Assembly (NCBI RefSeq): GCF_009914755.1
Contig: NC_060935.1
DNA: 64,000 bases
Source of the DNA: the human T2T-CHM13v2.0 reference genome, Homo sapiens
Direction: 5' to 3' (one strand)
Shown: one piece after another, positions 36,466 through 50,240 of the stretch
Position numbering within the stretch: the first letter of the stretch is position 1
Layout: each line of letters starts with the position of its first letter
Notes under the pieces: generated by a model
Seen by the model: the letters and a program-made list of their open reading frames with translations, nothing else
Databases searched by the model: none
What the model was told of the DNA's origin: nothing
Position numbers and translations under genes: made by a program

Positions 36466-39400
36466 CACTCAGGAGAAGGTGTTTGTGTCCACATATGTGC
36501 ATTTGCTGACAAGTACTTTGATGGGTTTTTATAAAATCATAACTGAGGAAGTTGGAAAGATCTATGAAGAACAAATCCTGCCCCCTCACTGTGCCTGGAA
36601 GAAAGAGGGGGAAAATCTCCATTTCATCTGCCGCATGCAAGAGAAACTTGTGATGTTGAATATCAAAGTTGGCCCTTACACAAGGCTGAATACTTCAAGG
36701 AATAAAATGAGGGCCATCCTCCAGTCAGACAGAACAGACACAAGTGCAAATTCCAGTGGCCTCCACGACAAAGAGAAAATTAACTCACCCACTACCAGCC
36801 TGCTGCTCCTTGACCAGGGACCCACTGGAGTCAGGGGGTGCAGAGACATCATCCTTGAGTGCCCACCTTTGACACATGCCAGCCTGGACTTGAGCACTTT
36901 CTGGATTCAAGGACCAGCCCTTTTGTGCGGTCCTTCCCTCCCTTTCTCTTTCATCAGGATGTCTGGCTGTTGCAACCCCTAACACATGAAGGGACGTCCT
37001 AGGCTTTTTAAATACAACATAGCAAATGGACCTCCTTCTTGGGATACAGAAAAATAAAATCTCATCAGCAAGAGGCCCTTCTTTTGACAACATGGATCCT
37101 GTAGCTGCTTAGACACAATCCAGCAGCCTTTCCTTTAGCCCTTCATGCTGAGTGGATGATTCAGTCACTGGGCTACTCCCCTCTGGGTTAGCAACTCCTC
37201 GACCAAGACAGACACTCCCTGCAGGCAACTGATCTGCAGTCCAGTGGCTGCAGTGCTTGGCAAATGGCCTTACGCTCATTGCAGGGCCCAAACACAGATG
37301 ATTGCTCTGAGGTAGAAGGGCAGGAAACAGGCCTCCAAAACAACCCTTAGTCTCCCCTTTGCTCACACCCTCAGGCCTAGATGAGGTACCCAGCTGGGGC
37401 TGGGGCAAGGGATTCCTGCACCTGCTCCCTCCTGGGTCACTCCCCAGCCAGCAATTCCAGGCTGTGCTGAGAAGAGCTGTGCAACCCAAAGACTTGAGGG
37501 ACTGGGAACTGCAGAGTCTGTGTCTGATGAGTGCTCTCTTTCCAGGGTGTAGCATCAGAAATCAACCCTTTCCCCAAGGGTCTTTCCTATCCGACTTCTT
37601 GCATCCAATTAAAACTCTATGAAAGCCAGCCTGCTGTTAGGACACACTCAAAAAAAAAAAAACTAACTCAACAGCCCTCAAGTGGCAAAGGTATAATTCC
37701 CATTTCTGTCAAAATGCCAGACAAGTGGGTCAGGACCTGGGATGTCTGATTCTTTCACAGCCACTGCACTCTAATGATGCATGAAGCCCAGGGAAAGGGA
37801 GGACGCAGAAAGAGAGAATAAAGGCACAGAAAAAAGGGTCTTCCCAAGGAGGTGGGTCATCAGCCATGATACTACCAAAACTGACCAATCCGTCATCTGT
37901 CTCCAGGCGGAACCCCTTATCACAGAGTAAATAACACTGAAGGGATCTGCATGATTCTGAAGACAGTCCCAGAATGAAGAGCCTTTGGGAACCCATGTGG
38001 GGTTTCTCAAAGGGTATTCTTACATCTGTTCCACTTCAGTAGGAGTTGCAGCCACCCAGAAGTTCTGCTGCCTACCATTTACAAGCTTTAATTGCTTTTG
38101 TAGCCCACTTCAACCCTGGGATGTAGAGTGAAGAAGCAACCTGACCTGAATATCCACAGGGCTAGCAATTTGAGAAAATGATAGCTGGATTGTGTCCAGG
38201 ATAGGTTTTCTTTACCTGTTCACTGTTCCCCATCCCTAAGACACCCTGTGGGACAGTTTACAGCATGTCAACTCATTTAATGCTGCCATAAAGAAGCCCA
38301 TGAAATGCTGACACCCCATTAAAGCCTATACAGCAACTCATATCTGCAGCTCCTTTATTTCTTCCAGATGCCACGTCAAACATGAACTCAACCAACCTCT
38401 CTGCAAGGCAAGCCCCACCCTATCTTCCTCCAGCAGGAGGTAGGAGGTTGGTAAAGAATGCCAAGTGCAGAGAGGTACAGGATGAAGGAAGCCGAGAAAC
38501 CAAGGCAAACTGACCATAAATAAGTTACAAGTGACCCTGTGTCCACGTGTATACACTGAATCAGGATCTTCTGGTGCTTGAAAAGCAACAGTCTTGAGAA
38601 GGACAGTCCCTGTGCACAGAGCCATGATTTATAAGGCCCTGGGTCTCACTGACCAACCAGACATTCCCCTGACCTACTCTTTCCCCGTTTTCTGCAAAAT
38701 AGGGATAACAATGTGATAGGATGCAAGTCAGAGCAAGGCCGTTCATAAGTCTACCATTCTTTACTTAGCACTAAAACTCTAGAAATGTGTATTGCCTGCC
38801 TGCTCCACTGAATTACTTCCCATCTAAGCACTTTTCCCCATAGAAAAGGCTGTTTAAAATTCACCTCTCCTATCATGTCATGCAGTTTTTACTTAGACCA
38901 GACGAAGAGGTGTCTCTGCATCCACAGCTTCCCACAGAGGGTCTTTAGCACCCCCGACTTAGCAGCAGCATCCTTCAATCCTTGTCTCTCAGGATGCTTT
39001 ATGGGGATAAATGACCGTGTTAACAGAGACAAATAACAACAGAGAGAGAGAGGTAAATGAAGACGTATGAGGCTGAGATATGAAAGAAGATGGGGAGTCA
39101 ATGAGGTAGAAATATACAAGAAGACGATCACAGGTGGCAGGAATGACCAGCAAGGTTCTGACCTCAGCAAGAGGATTCCATCCCCGGAGAGTGATCAAGT
39201 TATCTCTGAGGGGTGGAAGAACCAAATGTTAGAATATTACTTCTCTCTGTCCTGCAGTGCAAGATGTTGATACAGTGGAATGATCATGGGCGTTGGCAAC
39301 AGACAAGCCGACATTTAAATCTGAGTCCCACCCCTTGCCAGCCATGACCAAGTCCCCCTGCCACTCGTGCCCTGTGCTTCTAGAGCAACCATGGTGGTCT

Positions 39401-39710
39401 CAGGATGCTGGAGAGAGAGCTGGTTCACAGCAGGTGAGGCCAGTTCCCACATTTATGTCTTTCTCCTTAGTGTGGGTCCCAAGGACAAGAAGCTAAATGA
39501 AATGGCAGTGCTAAAAGACAAAAGATACAGGGCAAATGGCAAATCCACCTGTTTCACCTTCTCTCTTGATTCCACTTCACCTGCTGACTTCTTCCCTATG
39601 TACTGGTTTTCCCTTTCACTTCATCACATCACAATGCTGCCACATTTCCTTTCCCTCTTTCTCACCTCCTCAGAGTCTTCTTTTTCCCTTATTTTGCACA
39701 CATTATGATT

Positions 39711-40218
39711 TGTGGTGGCCTGCCACCAAAATGGCCCCCACCTAGTATTCACGAGCTTGTGTAGCACTCTCCCCTCCCACAAGGAATAGGGCTGAACCAT
39801 GCAAGCCAACAGGATATTGCAAAAATGACAGCAAGTGACTTCTGATGCTAGGTCACAAAAGCTGTGAGGCTTCTACTATGCTCTCTCCAGACCCCCCAAG
39901 CTGGGGGAATTCTGCCCATGTGGTGTGAGGGCACTCATGAAGCAGCACTATGGTGGGGTCCTTGTCACAAGAATCTAAGGCCTCCAATCAACAGCTGATG
40001 TGAGGAAGTCATCTTGGAAATGCATCTCCACTCTCAATCAAGCCTTCAGGTGATGGCCTACAGCCTGACTGCACCCTCCTGGAGAGACTCCAAGGCAGGA
40101 CCAACCAGCTAAGTCACTCCTGGATTCCTAACTCACAGAAACTGCAGGAGATCAAGGCACATTGTTTTATGTCATCAAGTTGGAGGCGATTTGTTACACA
40201 GAAATAGATAACTAATAC
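39711..40218 (+). mobile_element. MLT1F-like MaLR solo LTR
   Basis: TGTGGTGGCC..AAAATGGCCCCCA..GTGACTTCTGATGCTAGGTCACAAAAG..TCAAGCCTTCAGGTGA..TTTGTTACACAGAAATAGATAACTAATAC. Confidence 0.8.
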
Positions 40219-40811
40219 TATCTTCCCTTATATGTTTCAGCCTCTTACCACTGTGCCCTGTTGGTTTGCTGGCTGTGCCAGGATGCCAAGTTTGTATCTT
40301 TATCTCTGGGACAGATTTTTCAGAACTTGTACTGTGATTTCCATTGACTGAACGCTTTTCTTTCTGATTCAGTGTAAATATTCCACAAAGACCAGATTTC
40401 TTTTCTGCAAATAGGCTCATTCCAGAAGCTCCCTACATTTGATTAATGCTGTGCTACATAGTTTCTTAGGGATTTTCGTATTCAGTGTCTACTTCAACCT
40501 TTATCATAATTTTGTAGGATAGCAAGGGAAAAACATCAGCCACATTTTACAAATGAAGTAATTGAGATCCAATGCATTTAACTGATTTGCACAAAGACAC
40601 AGTTATTATATTTAATGAAAAAACTAGAATTGGAAACCTGGTGTCTTTCCACTGTTCTATCTGCCCCTTCAACATAGGCAAATCAAATATCCATTGATCC
40701 TAGCTTTATGGCTAGACATCTAAGCAATGCAACATGGATTCAACTGTCATAGATTTTATAAAGGTGAAACACTTATAAATATGTCCATATGAAAAATAAA
40801 ATGCTACCAGT

Positions 40812-43235
40812 TGTTCTAGTTATCTTCTGCTATATACCAAAACACCTCCAAACTTACTGCCTTAAAGCAACAAAGTCTCTCCCCTAAAACAACTTCTGTG
40901 GTTCGGTGGGCTTAGTTTAGTAGTTCTCACTTGGGGTCCTATATAACATTGCAGTTGCATTGTGGCTGAGACTAGAGTCAGCTGAACACGTCTTCACTCA
41001 TACGTCTGTTGCAAGGGCTGGGGTGGCTTGACATGCTAGGATTTGGTTGAGCCTATCTCTCTGTTTTCATGCAGCCTCTCCATGTGGCTCAGTTTTGCTT
41101 CTTTACATTAAGGTGGTCTTAGAGTAATCAGACTTACTCGGTAACTGAATTCTTCTATGCATTCTAAGTCTTCTAATAGCCTTGCACAGAAGCTGCAAGT
41201 CTTCTTATGATCTAACCATATGACATTCCAGGTCTTGCATCATAAGATCCACTTCCACCACACTCTGTTGGTTAAGCAAGTTAGGAAGGCCAGTACAAAC
41301 TTAAGGGAAGAGTAGAAACAGACCCCATTTCATTGGGAGTAATGCACACAGGAAAGAAAGGAAAAGATGGGGGCTGTCTTAGACGCAAACTATCAAGTCC
41401 GCCCTTGGCTCCAACAACGTATGAGCCTCCCTCATGTAAAACACATTGACCCTTTCCTCTGGCCAATAAAGTTTCATCCCATGACAGTAACAGCTCAACA
41501 TCCAGGAGCTTATTTTCTAGGTTAGGTCTAGACACAAATGAGCCTCCTTCGGTATTGATCCTTAGGTGTGGCTTCTTGAGGACAGTTTCATGTGATCTGA
41601 AGACCTGTGAAATAAAGACAGCCATCTGCCCACTTGCCCACCCCAAACCTACAACAGTGAGACTTTCATGAGATAACCACTATATATATTACTGTTTCCA
41701 AGAGGGAGAAATAAATGATACCTAACAGTCATGGTTTCATAGCAGTCCTGAAATTATGTTGGGCAAATGTTTCTAGTTCCTTGGTTAAGGCCCCATTCTG
41801 CTTCCAGAAAATAATTCCTCATTCTTTCCTCTGAGCTCTTGGTTCCATCCTCTCAATATTCTTTTATTTTCTGTAAGAAATGGCTCTTGTTTTAAACTGA
41901 GCATTCTCTTTGGTTTCTTCCTGCTCATGGAAGTTTGAAGGTCTACAGGCCCCTTTCTATACTTTCTCTTTTCCTTTTAGTCCACGCTGATGTAATTCCT
42001 TTAAAAATTTTGTGAGCTTCCTATACATCAAGTTATAATCTATTCACTGAGACAAAAGCTATGGTCTTTATTTTTCTTACAGAGATAGCCCCCTTTTCTT
42101 TTTATTCATTGACCTCTGTCCAAATACTGTGAAATAGTGTTTTAAAGATACCTAAACGCTTTTTGTCTAGTTTAAAGAGTCACAAAATATGCTCTTAAGA
42201 TTCTTTTCTAGTAAAGAAAGTCTAAGAGGCACAGATTTCATATTTTAGAAGTCCTATTAGGCACATCCTTAACTATTTATGAGATCCAAACAAAAGGTCT
42301 TATAACTTTAAGACTTTTACTCTGAAGCTATTCTTTACTCATAGTGGCCTGGATTTTATCTTTTCCCCGAGAGCATTTCTTGTTTGAGAATCTTTTGCTG
42401 CAAGAGCCAGGGAGAGAAATAATTTTATTTTTAAAGCCATTAAACCAGAGTTCATTTACATTTCCTCTAAATTCTGCTTGAAATCTAAATGGTTCCTTCA
42501 GAAGTTCATCTCTACTTATATTTTATAACAGGCAGCTACAAAAAAAGCCAGTTGGCACCTTTTACCTTCTGCCTGCAAATCTTTCTGGCCAGACCTACAA
42601 GTTCATTTGATATTCTTTCTCTTTCCACATTATCACAGGCAAGAGTGCCATCAGAATTTCCCCCGCATACCACAAGTGCTCCCTTTTCTCTAAGCTCCAG
42701 CAGCATTTTCATCTCCGTCTTTCAAGCCCTCACCAGCAGTCTCTTGAGGGCCTTCCAAATTTCATTGGTGAATCCTTGTGGATATTTCAGCTTCCACTCA
42801 TTGCTTAGTCCAAAAACAAATGCCACATGCTTTAAGTTTATAGTATAGCAGCACCTCACTTTGAGGCACCAAAATTCTGTTCTAGTTATTGATTTCTTCT
42901 TGCAAAATAATTTCAAAACTTAGTGGCTTAAAACAGCAGTACATTATTCCTCCTCACAGTTCTTGGAGCTGATGGCTTCATCTGGGCAGTTGTCATGTGG
43001 TAGACCTCTCATATTGCTGCAGTCAGGTGGCAGCTGAAGCTGGAGCCAGCAAAAAGTCTCTCATTCCTGTACTTGGCACAGATGCCTGGAATAGCTAGGG
43101 GTTGGATGGGTATCTCTCTCTCATGTAGCTTTTCTAAATGGCTATATTGGGCTTCCTCAGATCATGGCAGTCTCAAGGTCATTATACTTCTCACTTGGTG
43201 GCTGGCTTCCCCCAGAATGATCACACTCTAAGAGG
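40812..43235 (-). mobile_element. MLT1H-like MaLR element: 3' LTR 40812-~41395, internal ~41396-42877, partial 5' LTR 42878-~43235
   Basis: Both LTRs begin with TGTTCTAGTTAT on + and share AAACTTA(C/G)TG(C/G)CTTAAA..GCAGT..GGCTGA..CTRGAG. The MaLR PBS-like junction GCACCAAAATTC|TG is at 42866-42879. Confidence 0.75.
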
Positions 43236-43254
43236 CCTTGACAAACAACCACAC

Positions 43255-43757
43255 CAGAGCATCCCACGCTTTCTCAGTTCACAGCATCCTTAGTGCCTCA
43301 GGATCTTTTCACAAGATCCCTAGGCCAAAACAAACAATACAAAATAAAACAAAAGTTTTCACTTCTAATAACCTGGAAAAAATGCACGAATTGCAAGAAG
43401 TTTATTTTATTCTTAAATAGTTACTTACTAACAGCAGACATACCCCTGTTGGGTACTATACAACTTCTACTTTGGAATCAGCATGGGTATCATGACATGC
43501 ATTTCCTGTTTCACAGTGAGTTTTGTGCAATACTTGTTTTATTATCACATAAACCACCAAAAACTGATCCTTGCAAAGATATGAAATCATTAAAATGAAT
43601 GTCACATGTTGTTGATACCGCATTTTCTTGAACTAGTCATTTTTGCAATGTCTGATGTCCACATGTTTTCCTCAAAAATTGAAAATAACTCATGATGTCC
43701 CCTTGTGAGTTTCCTAGAATACCTCAGTGTGCATCAGCACAGGGTTTGGAAGCCACT
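43255..43757 (-). mobile_element. MER119-like hAT-Charlie DNA transposon
   Basis: Ends are CAGAGCATCCCACGCTTTCTCAGTTCACAG and CACAGGGTTTGGAAGCCACT. Internal motifs are CTTGCAAAGATATGA and CTTTGGAATCAG. Confidence 0.7.
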
Positions 43758-44111
43758 CTATTACACTGATTGAATCCTGAAATTAAATGAGGAATTTGAA
43801 AAAATAGTTTTTGTTGGGTCCCATTTTTAACTTCCCATTCTCATCCACCCAGTGGTGGCTAGGCAAACAATACTATAGAGTTGGCTCTATTTGACCAACA
43901 TCAGGAAGGTGTTAGAAGAATCAGAGAAAGCTTGGATCCCTCTCCAGATGTCACTATGTGCACATGACTTAGACCCAGCATTAACATCTTACATCTTTGA
44001 ACTTTTATAGCCAGGTTCTTCACAGAATGCCTAAGTAAATAATAGGTTATGAATAAAAATGCGGATACAAACACCAGTCTGAGAAAACAAAGAGGGAGTG
44101 CCCATGGAAAT

Positions 44112-44460
44112 TGCACTTGTTTGCTAGGACTGCTGTAACAAAATATCACTGACTGGCTGGCTTAACTTCTCACAGTTCTGGAGGTTGGAATTCCAAGATC
44201 CAGGCGAGACAGTAGGACTGGTTTCTCCTGAGGCCTCTCTCTCTTTGACTTGGAGCTGGCTGCCTTCTCCCTGTGTCCTCATGTGGCCCTTCCTCTGCAC
44301 ACAGGTATCCCTGACACCAGACATATTGGATTAGGCCCCCACACTTATGAACACACTTAACCTTAATTACCTCTTCAAATGCCCTATCTCCAAATACAGT
44401 CATATTGAGCGTTAGGACTTCCATGTTTTAATTTTGGGAAGGACAAAATTTAGCCTATAA
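44112..44460 (-). mobile_element. MLT1A0/B-like MaLR solo LTR
   Basis: GCTAGGACTGCTGTAACAAAATATCAC..TCTCACAGTTCTGGAGGTTGGAA..ATATTGGATTAGGCCC..CCCTATCTCCAAATACAGTCATATT. Confidence 0.85.
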
Positions 44461-44624
44461 AAAGAACATATTAGAAGAGATGCCCATGCCATTCTCTTAA
44501 GAGATCTTTCTCTTGAAGCATAAGTTTTAAATTTTTTATGAATTGGATCCTGGAGGTCCTTGACCCCCAGGAATTGCATGCAAAAATATCATGTGTAAGC
44601 ACTTTTCTGGGTAGATGATCTGTG

Positions 44625-45290
44625 TTTGTTTTTCTAACCTCTGTATGCACCCTGGAAAGATTTTTCAAAGATTCCAAGTCCCATACTCCGAGGTTCTGAT
44701 TTAATTCATGTTGGGTGGGCATCAGGCATAAATATTTTGGTAACATTCACCATTTGATTCTAATATGCAGCCAGTATTGAGAATCGTTGGTCTGAAGTCT
44801 TTCTATTTAAATTGCAGTTAAAGACCAGCATGAGCATCACCTGGAAACTTACTAGAAATGCTGAATCTCAATCCTCACCCAGACCTACAGATTCTTCATT
44901 TTTTGTCTTTTTGTTTTTGTTGTTGTTTGTTTATTTTTTAAGACATGGTCTCATTTTGTTGCACAGGCTAGAGTGCAGTGGCCAATCATGGCTCACTGCA
45001 GTCTTGACTCCTGGGCCCAAGGAATTCTTCTGTCTCAGCCTCCCCAATAGCTGGAGCTACAGGCACATGCCACAATGTCCAGCTAATTTTTCAATTTTTA
45101 TTTTGTAGAGACAGGGTCTGCCTATGTTGCCCAGGCCAGTCTTGAACTCCTGGCCTCAAGCAGTCCTCCTGCCTTGACCTCCAAAAGTGCTGGGATTACA
45201 AGCATCAGCCACTACACCTAGCCAAAATCTTCATTTTAGTACGATCCAAGGGTAGTTTGTATGATATATCCATTAAAGTTTGAGATACAC
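44625..45290. mobile_element. Two MER5A-type MITEs, the second interrupted by an AluJ
   Basis: GGTTCTGATTTAATT..GATTCTAATATGCAGCCAGTATTGAGAATC and CAGCATGAGCATCACCTGGAAACTTACTAGAAATGCTGAATCTC..CCCAGACCTAC..AAAGTTTGAGA. Confidence 0.6.
44903..45223 (-). mobile_element. AluJ (Jo-like) SINE
   Basis: ATCATGGCTCACTGCAGTCTTGACTCCTGGG and CTCAAGCAGTCCTCC, with TSD ATTCTTCATTTT / AATCTTCATTTT. Confidence 0.92.
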
Positions 45291-45438
45291 TTATCTATAA
45301 TTTTCCTCAAATCATGAAATGAAACTGACCACAAAATTTTCAAAACCACTGAGAAAATTTTTTCAATGTGTGATCTAGAATAGCTTACACGGCAGTTCTA
45401 ATTATTTTGTTTGTTTACACTATTTTAAAGAAAAGTTC

Positions 45439-45755
<317 letters not shown>

Positions 45756-46949
45756 TTACAGATAATTAATCTGAGAAATAACTGCACAATGAATTACATC
45801 CTGGCTGAACCCACAAATGACCTATTACTCATCTCTGTCGTAACCGTTAAGGGTAATTACCCAACTATCAACCTCAGTTAGTCTACATAGCATTTACCTT
45901 CAAAGACTCAGATAGTTCTTAGTAGAGAAGACAGTAGCTCAGTTGTGTTAATACTGAAAAAATAGAAAGGCCAAAAGAAAAGAAGAATAGGGAAGGATGG
46001 GAAAAAATGAGAGGGTGAGAAGCCAAATACCATGTGACTTCTAATTTCACTTCTAATATCTAAAACTTTCAGTTCATAATCCTTGACCTCCACCAAAACA
46101 CCTCTCATGACTCCTATGGTTATTTTTAATAAATAAAAATGGAGCTGGGTCAGGAATAAGGAGCAGGAACAAGAAGGAACTCCTGCAAAGAGGAATAAAT
46201 TACCAGAAAAAATTACTCTGGATAAGTTACTGGATGAATTTCACTGAATACATTACTGTGTAATGATGAAATTATGTAATGATGACTCAATGAGAATCAC
46301 ATAATTTTCTGCCTTTTTAGAAATTAATTACAAAACTTAATCCATTCACCAAGTCTGCAAATTTGAATGTATATTTTAAAACTATTATAAACTTTTTCTG
46401 TGGCACTAAATGTGGAATAGTTTTAGTTGAGCTTTATATATCTGGAGAAACCAAGAAACATTTACTCTTCCAGGTCACCTTCTCCACCCAATCGCTCCTT
46501 TAGAGGGTCCCCTTTTCATTCTTGCTTTCCATGTAGCCACCATCCTCATTACAACCCATGGACATTGGTCCTAGACTAGCAGTAGAAGGTCCTTGGGATT
46601 TGAATTGAGCCAAATCCCTGCCTTTCAGAGCTTGTGATCAAGCAGAAATACCAGATAGACCAGAAATAATAGTAAATAAATAAGTGAACAGCTTTAATAG
46701 CTGAATACATAGACAATACAATACTTTGGATATCAAAATACTCCCTTCATTATAAATTTTACTAATTATTCATGTTAAGATTTTTGCCTTACAGTTGTTC
46801 ATCTCCAACCACCAACATAGTCAGTAAATATTAATTCTTAAGTCAAATATGCCTTTTTATAAGACCACCCAAAATATTTGCATTTGCTGCCATCAGTATT
46901 TGAATAAGAATAATATAAATTTAACCAATAATTATTTATTGAGTGCATA

Positions 46950-49760
46950 ATGTGAGCCAATAACTATTTTAATTTTGTGTTTATATGTTTCACCTTTTTA
47001 CATTCTTTTATTTTCAAACTTTCTGTAATGTTATATTTGAGGCATGTTTCTTATAATTAGAATATATCCAGTCTGACAATCTTAGTATTTTCCTTGAAAT
47101 ATTTAGTCCATTTACATTAAATGTAATTACCAAAAGTTGTGAATTCCTATTTACTAGGTTACTGCTAATTTCTACTTGACTGGTCTGCTTCATGTTTGTT
47201 TTATTCCTCTCTTTTCTTGACTTTTTTTCTGATTAATCATTTTTTAAATTTCTCTTTCCTCCTCTATTAGCTTATTAGTTATACTTCTTTTGGAAGGTAT
47301 CCTAGAAATTATTTAATACAATGTTAATTTTTAAAGAATTACATCCTAAAAAAGATTATTAGCTTTATGCTGCCTTTCAATGCTAGAACACTATAATATT
47401 TTAAATCTAGTATCTCTGTTCCCCAATTTTTTTTAATTAACATGTATTTTAGTTCTACATTATTTTAAACCCACAAAACAAGAAATTATTATTATTGTCT
47501 TATACAGGTAATATTCATTTATATCTGTCTACATATTAATCCTTTCTATTGCTCCTTATTCTTGTATTGACCTGCTTATATCTGGGTTTATTTCTCTTCT
47601 GTCTGAAGAAATATTTGTTAATTATTTTAGTGTACATTTAGTGGTAACAAGTTTTTTAAATTTTGTATGTCTGCAAATGTTCTCAGTTTTTTAAGGATAA
47701 ATTTACTAGATATAAAGGATTATTTGGGGGGTTGTTATTTTAACATATTAAAAATGCCATTCTATTGCTTTCTACCTTCTGTTGTTTCTGTTGAAAAGTC
47801 TGTTGAATAACTTTTCTTATTGTTTTCTTAAAAGTAATGTAGACTTTTTTAGTTTTTGATTTTCTGTAGTTTTACTATGATGTGCCTGGGTTTCTTTATA
47901 TTTATCTTGCTTTACATTTATCCTAATAGAGATTCTTGAGTTTGTGGTTTGCTGCCTTTTATCAGTTTCAAAAAATTACCAAACATTCAATTTTTTGTTC
48001 AAACCCATTCCAGTTCTCTTCTACTTCTGGGGCTACATTTACATTATTTTGGATTTTTTTTTACTGTATCCAATATTTTTTCTAATTTATTTTATATATT
48101 TTTATATTTTTTCCTCTTTGTGCCTCAGTCTGTATACTTTCCATTGACCTGTATTACTCTCTTCTGCTATCTGAAATCTAATGTTAAACCTATATGAGTT
48201 CTTCATTTCAGCTATTGTATTTTTTAGTTCCAGAATTTACATTTGGTTTTTCAGTCATTTTATATTAAAGCTTCTTATGTTGAAGTAACAACTACTTCTT
48301 ATTCTGAAGTAGTTTAAGATTCACAAGAAGTTGCAAAAATAGCACAGTTCTTATATACGTGATGATAATGTCTTACATTATCAAAGTACATTATCAAAAC
48401 AAGCAATAATGTTGCCGTATTGCTACAATACTACTATCTGTAAAGTAAAGAACTTATTCAGATTGTGTGAGTGTTTTTTATAAAATTTTATTATGTGTAG
48501 ATTTGAGTACACTATACCATTTTATTTTAAAAGCATAAATTCCAAATCTCTCTTGAAATTCTATTTTTGTCCCTCTTTATTTTCTTGAATATTTGTTGTT
48601 TTGTTGTTGTTGTTGTTGTTGTTTTGAAACAGGGTTTCACTTTGTCACCTAGGCTGGAGTACAGTGGTGCAATATTGGCTCCCTGCAACCTCCGCCTCCT
48701 GGGTTCAAGTGATTCTCCCACTTCCGCCTCGTGAGTAACAAGGACTACAGCCTCCTGAGTAACTACGAACTCCTAACCTCAAGTCATCCACCCACCTCTG
48801 CCTCCCAAAATGCTAAGATTACAGGCATGAGCCACCACACCCAGCCTATTTTAATCACAGCTGTTTTTCAGTTTTTTGCTGATAAAGACCTAGAGGTGAT
48901 TTGGATATTAGAATTAGCTATAGTCTGTTTTTCCACTTCTTGGTTTTCAGTCTCATTGCTTGTCATGTTTGGCAATTTTTTTTACTGACTGCATCACACC
49001 CATAATAACAACATATAGCAGCCCCAAATGATATTATATTCCTCCAGAGAGAGTTGGCCCCTTCTTCTGCTGAGCGGAGAATGTGGAACTGGGACCTTAA
49101 CAACACCACATCGAGGAAGGAGCACAGCTTTGGTAAGGCTCTATCTACCACTGGCTTCCCCTTTGAGTTACACAAGAGAGCCTGGGGTTTTCACGAGGTA
49201 CCGCTCACATTGGTGGGTTCTTAATTCTGATTCTAGCTTTCTTATTATTATAAGACTACTACAGTCTGTGCATTGTTTTTCAAAGACTTTATGCTAAGGT
49301 TCTTAGCTTCCTGTCTCTGCAATCTCAGACTTTGGTAGATGTCTTGAGCAAACACTGCACAAATTTTGGCTCAATTCTCCAGCCTACCCTTCTGACCAGG
49401 ATCCTAGCCCCTCAAATCTCTAACTTTTGTCTCTCTAGTTCCTACAAGATTGCCAAAAGTTCTTCTCATTTCTGGGCATTTTAGCAGTGGTCCTCTGCCT
49501 GAAACCCTGTCTGAATTCTCAGTCCCTTGTTTTAAGTTCAGAATCAGAAAACACTACCTCATCTCCCAGAAAAGATCTGTGGAATATCACATTACACCCC
49601 TGAGGATTCCCCTTTGAGGGTATTTTGGACCTCTAGTCCTCAATGCCTCAGTCTTCAAATCGAGTTTTTTACTTGAAATGTCTAGTTGTCTAGTTGTTCT
49701 CAAAGAGATCACTGGTCTGCTACAGTCTAATCTAATATAGTCAGAATCTGGAAATATAGA
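46950..49760 (-). mobile_element. Ancient L1M (ME/M4-like) antisense fragments with nested insertions
   Basis: T-rich strand with L1 antisense motifs: CAGTCTGACAATCT, TTTAGTCCATTTACATTAAATGTAATT, TTTCTGTTGAAAAGTC, GTTTTACTATGATGTGCCTGGG, TTCAGCTATTGTATTTTTTAGTTCCAGAATT. Confidence 0.7.
48592..48846 (-). mobile_element. AluJ/S with an internal deletion and a (TTG)n tail
   Basis: The right arm is joined to the left arm without the central A-rich linker, and a duplicated GCCTCsTGAGTAAC sits at the junction. Confidence 0.88.
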
Positions 49761-50226
49761 ACTCCCTGACTGTAGGTCTTACATTTCAATAGGTGTTAGG
49801 TCAAGAAAGGCAACAACAAACAACAAACAAAAAAATAAACAAGATAATTTCACAGAATGTTAAATGCTATGATGGAAATAAACAGAATGACGTGAAAACT
49901 CTGAGGTAGCCAACTGCCTTCCGTTTCACATCTGAGGATTCACAAAGTGACTGAGGGAAAATCTCTGTGAAAAATAGCTCCCATTGTCCCCATTTTGTAG
50001 ATAAGAACATCCTAATCTTTGGGGTACCATTGTTCTTCACTCTCCAGCAGTCATGCCAGGCTGGGGAACCCTCAGGTAATGAGATAACGATGGCACTAAA
50101 TCTGACCCAAATCATTAGGGATTATGCACCTCAGCACAGACGCCCCTTCCTAACCCAAATCAGAAAAGAGAGAAAATCTTCCAGGACTTCCCCATTATAC
50201 ACATTTAGCGCCTGCTAGGAAAGACG

Positions 50227-50240
50227 CCACTGGAGGGCAC
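50227..50240 (+). promoter_or_regulatory. Candidate CTCF site
   Basis: CCACTGGAGGGCAC has one mismatch to the core CCASYAGRKGGCRS. Motif match only. Confidence 0.3.

Noticed and set aside
36479-36982. 167-aa + strand ORF in non-repeat DNA
   Set aside because: It starts at GTG and has no recognisable domain or promoter context. The length is compatible with chance in 64 kb over six frames.
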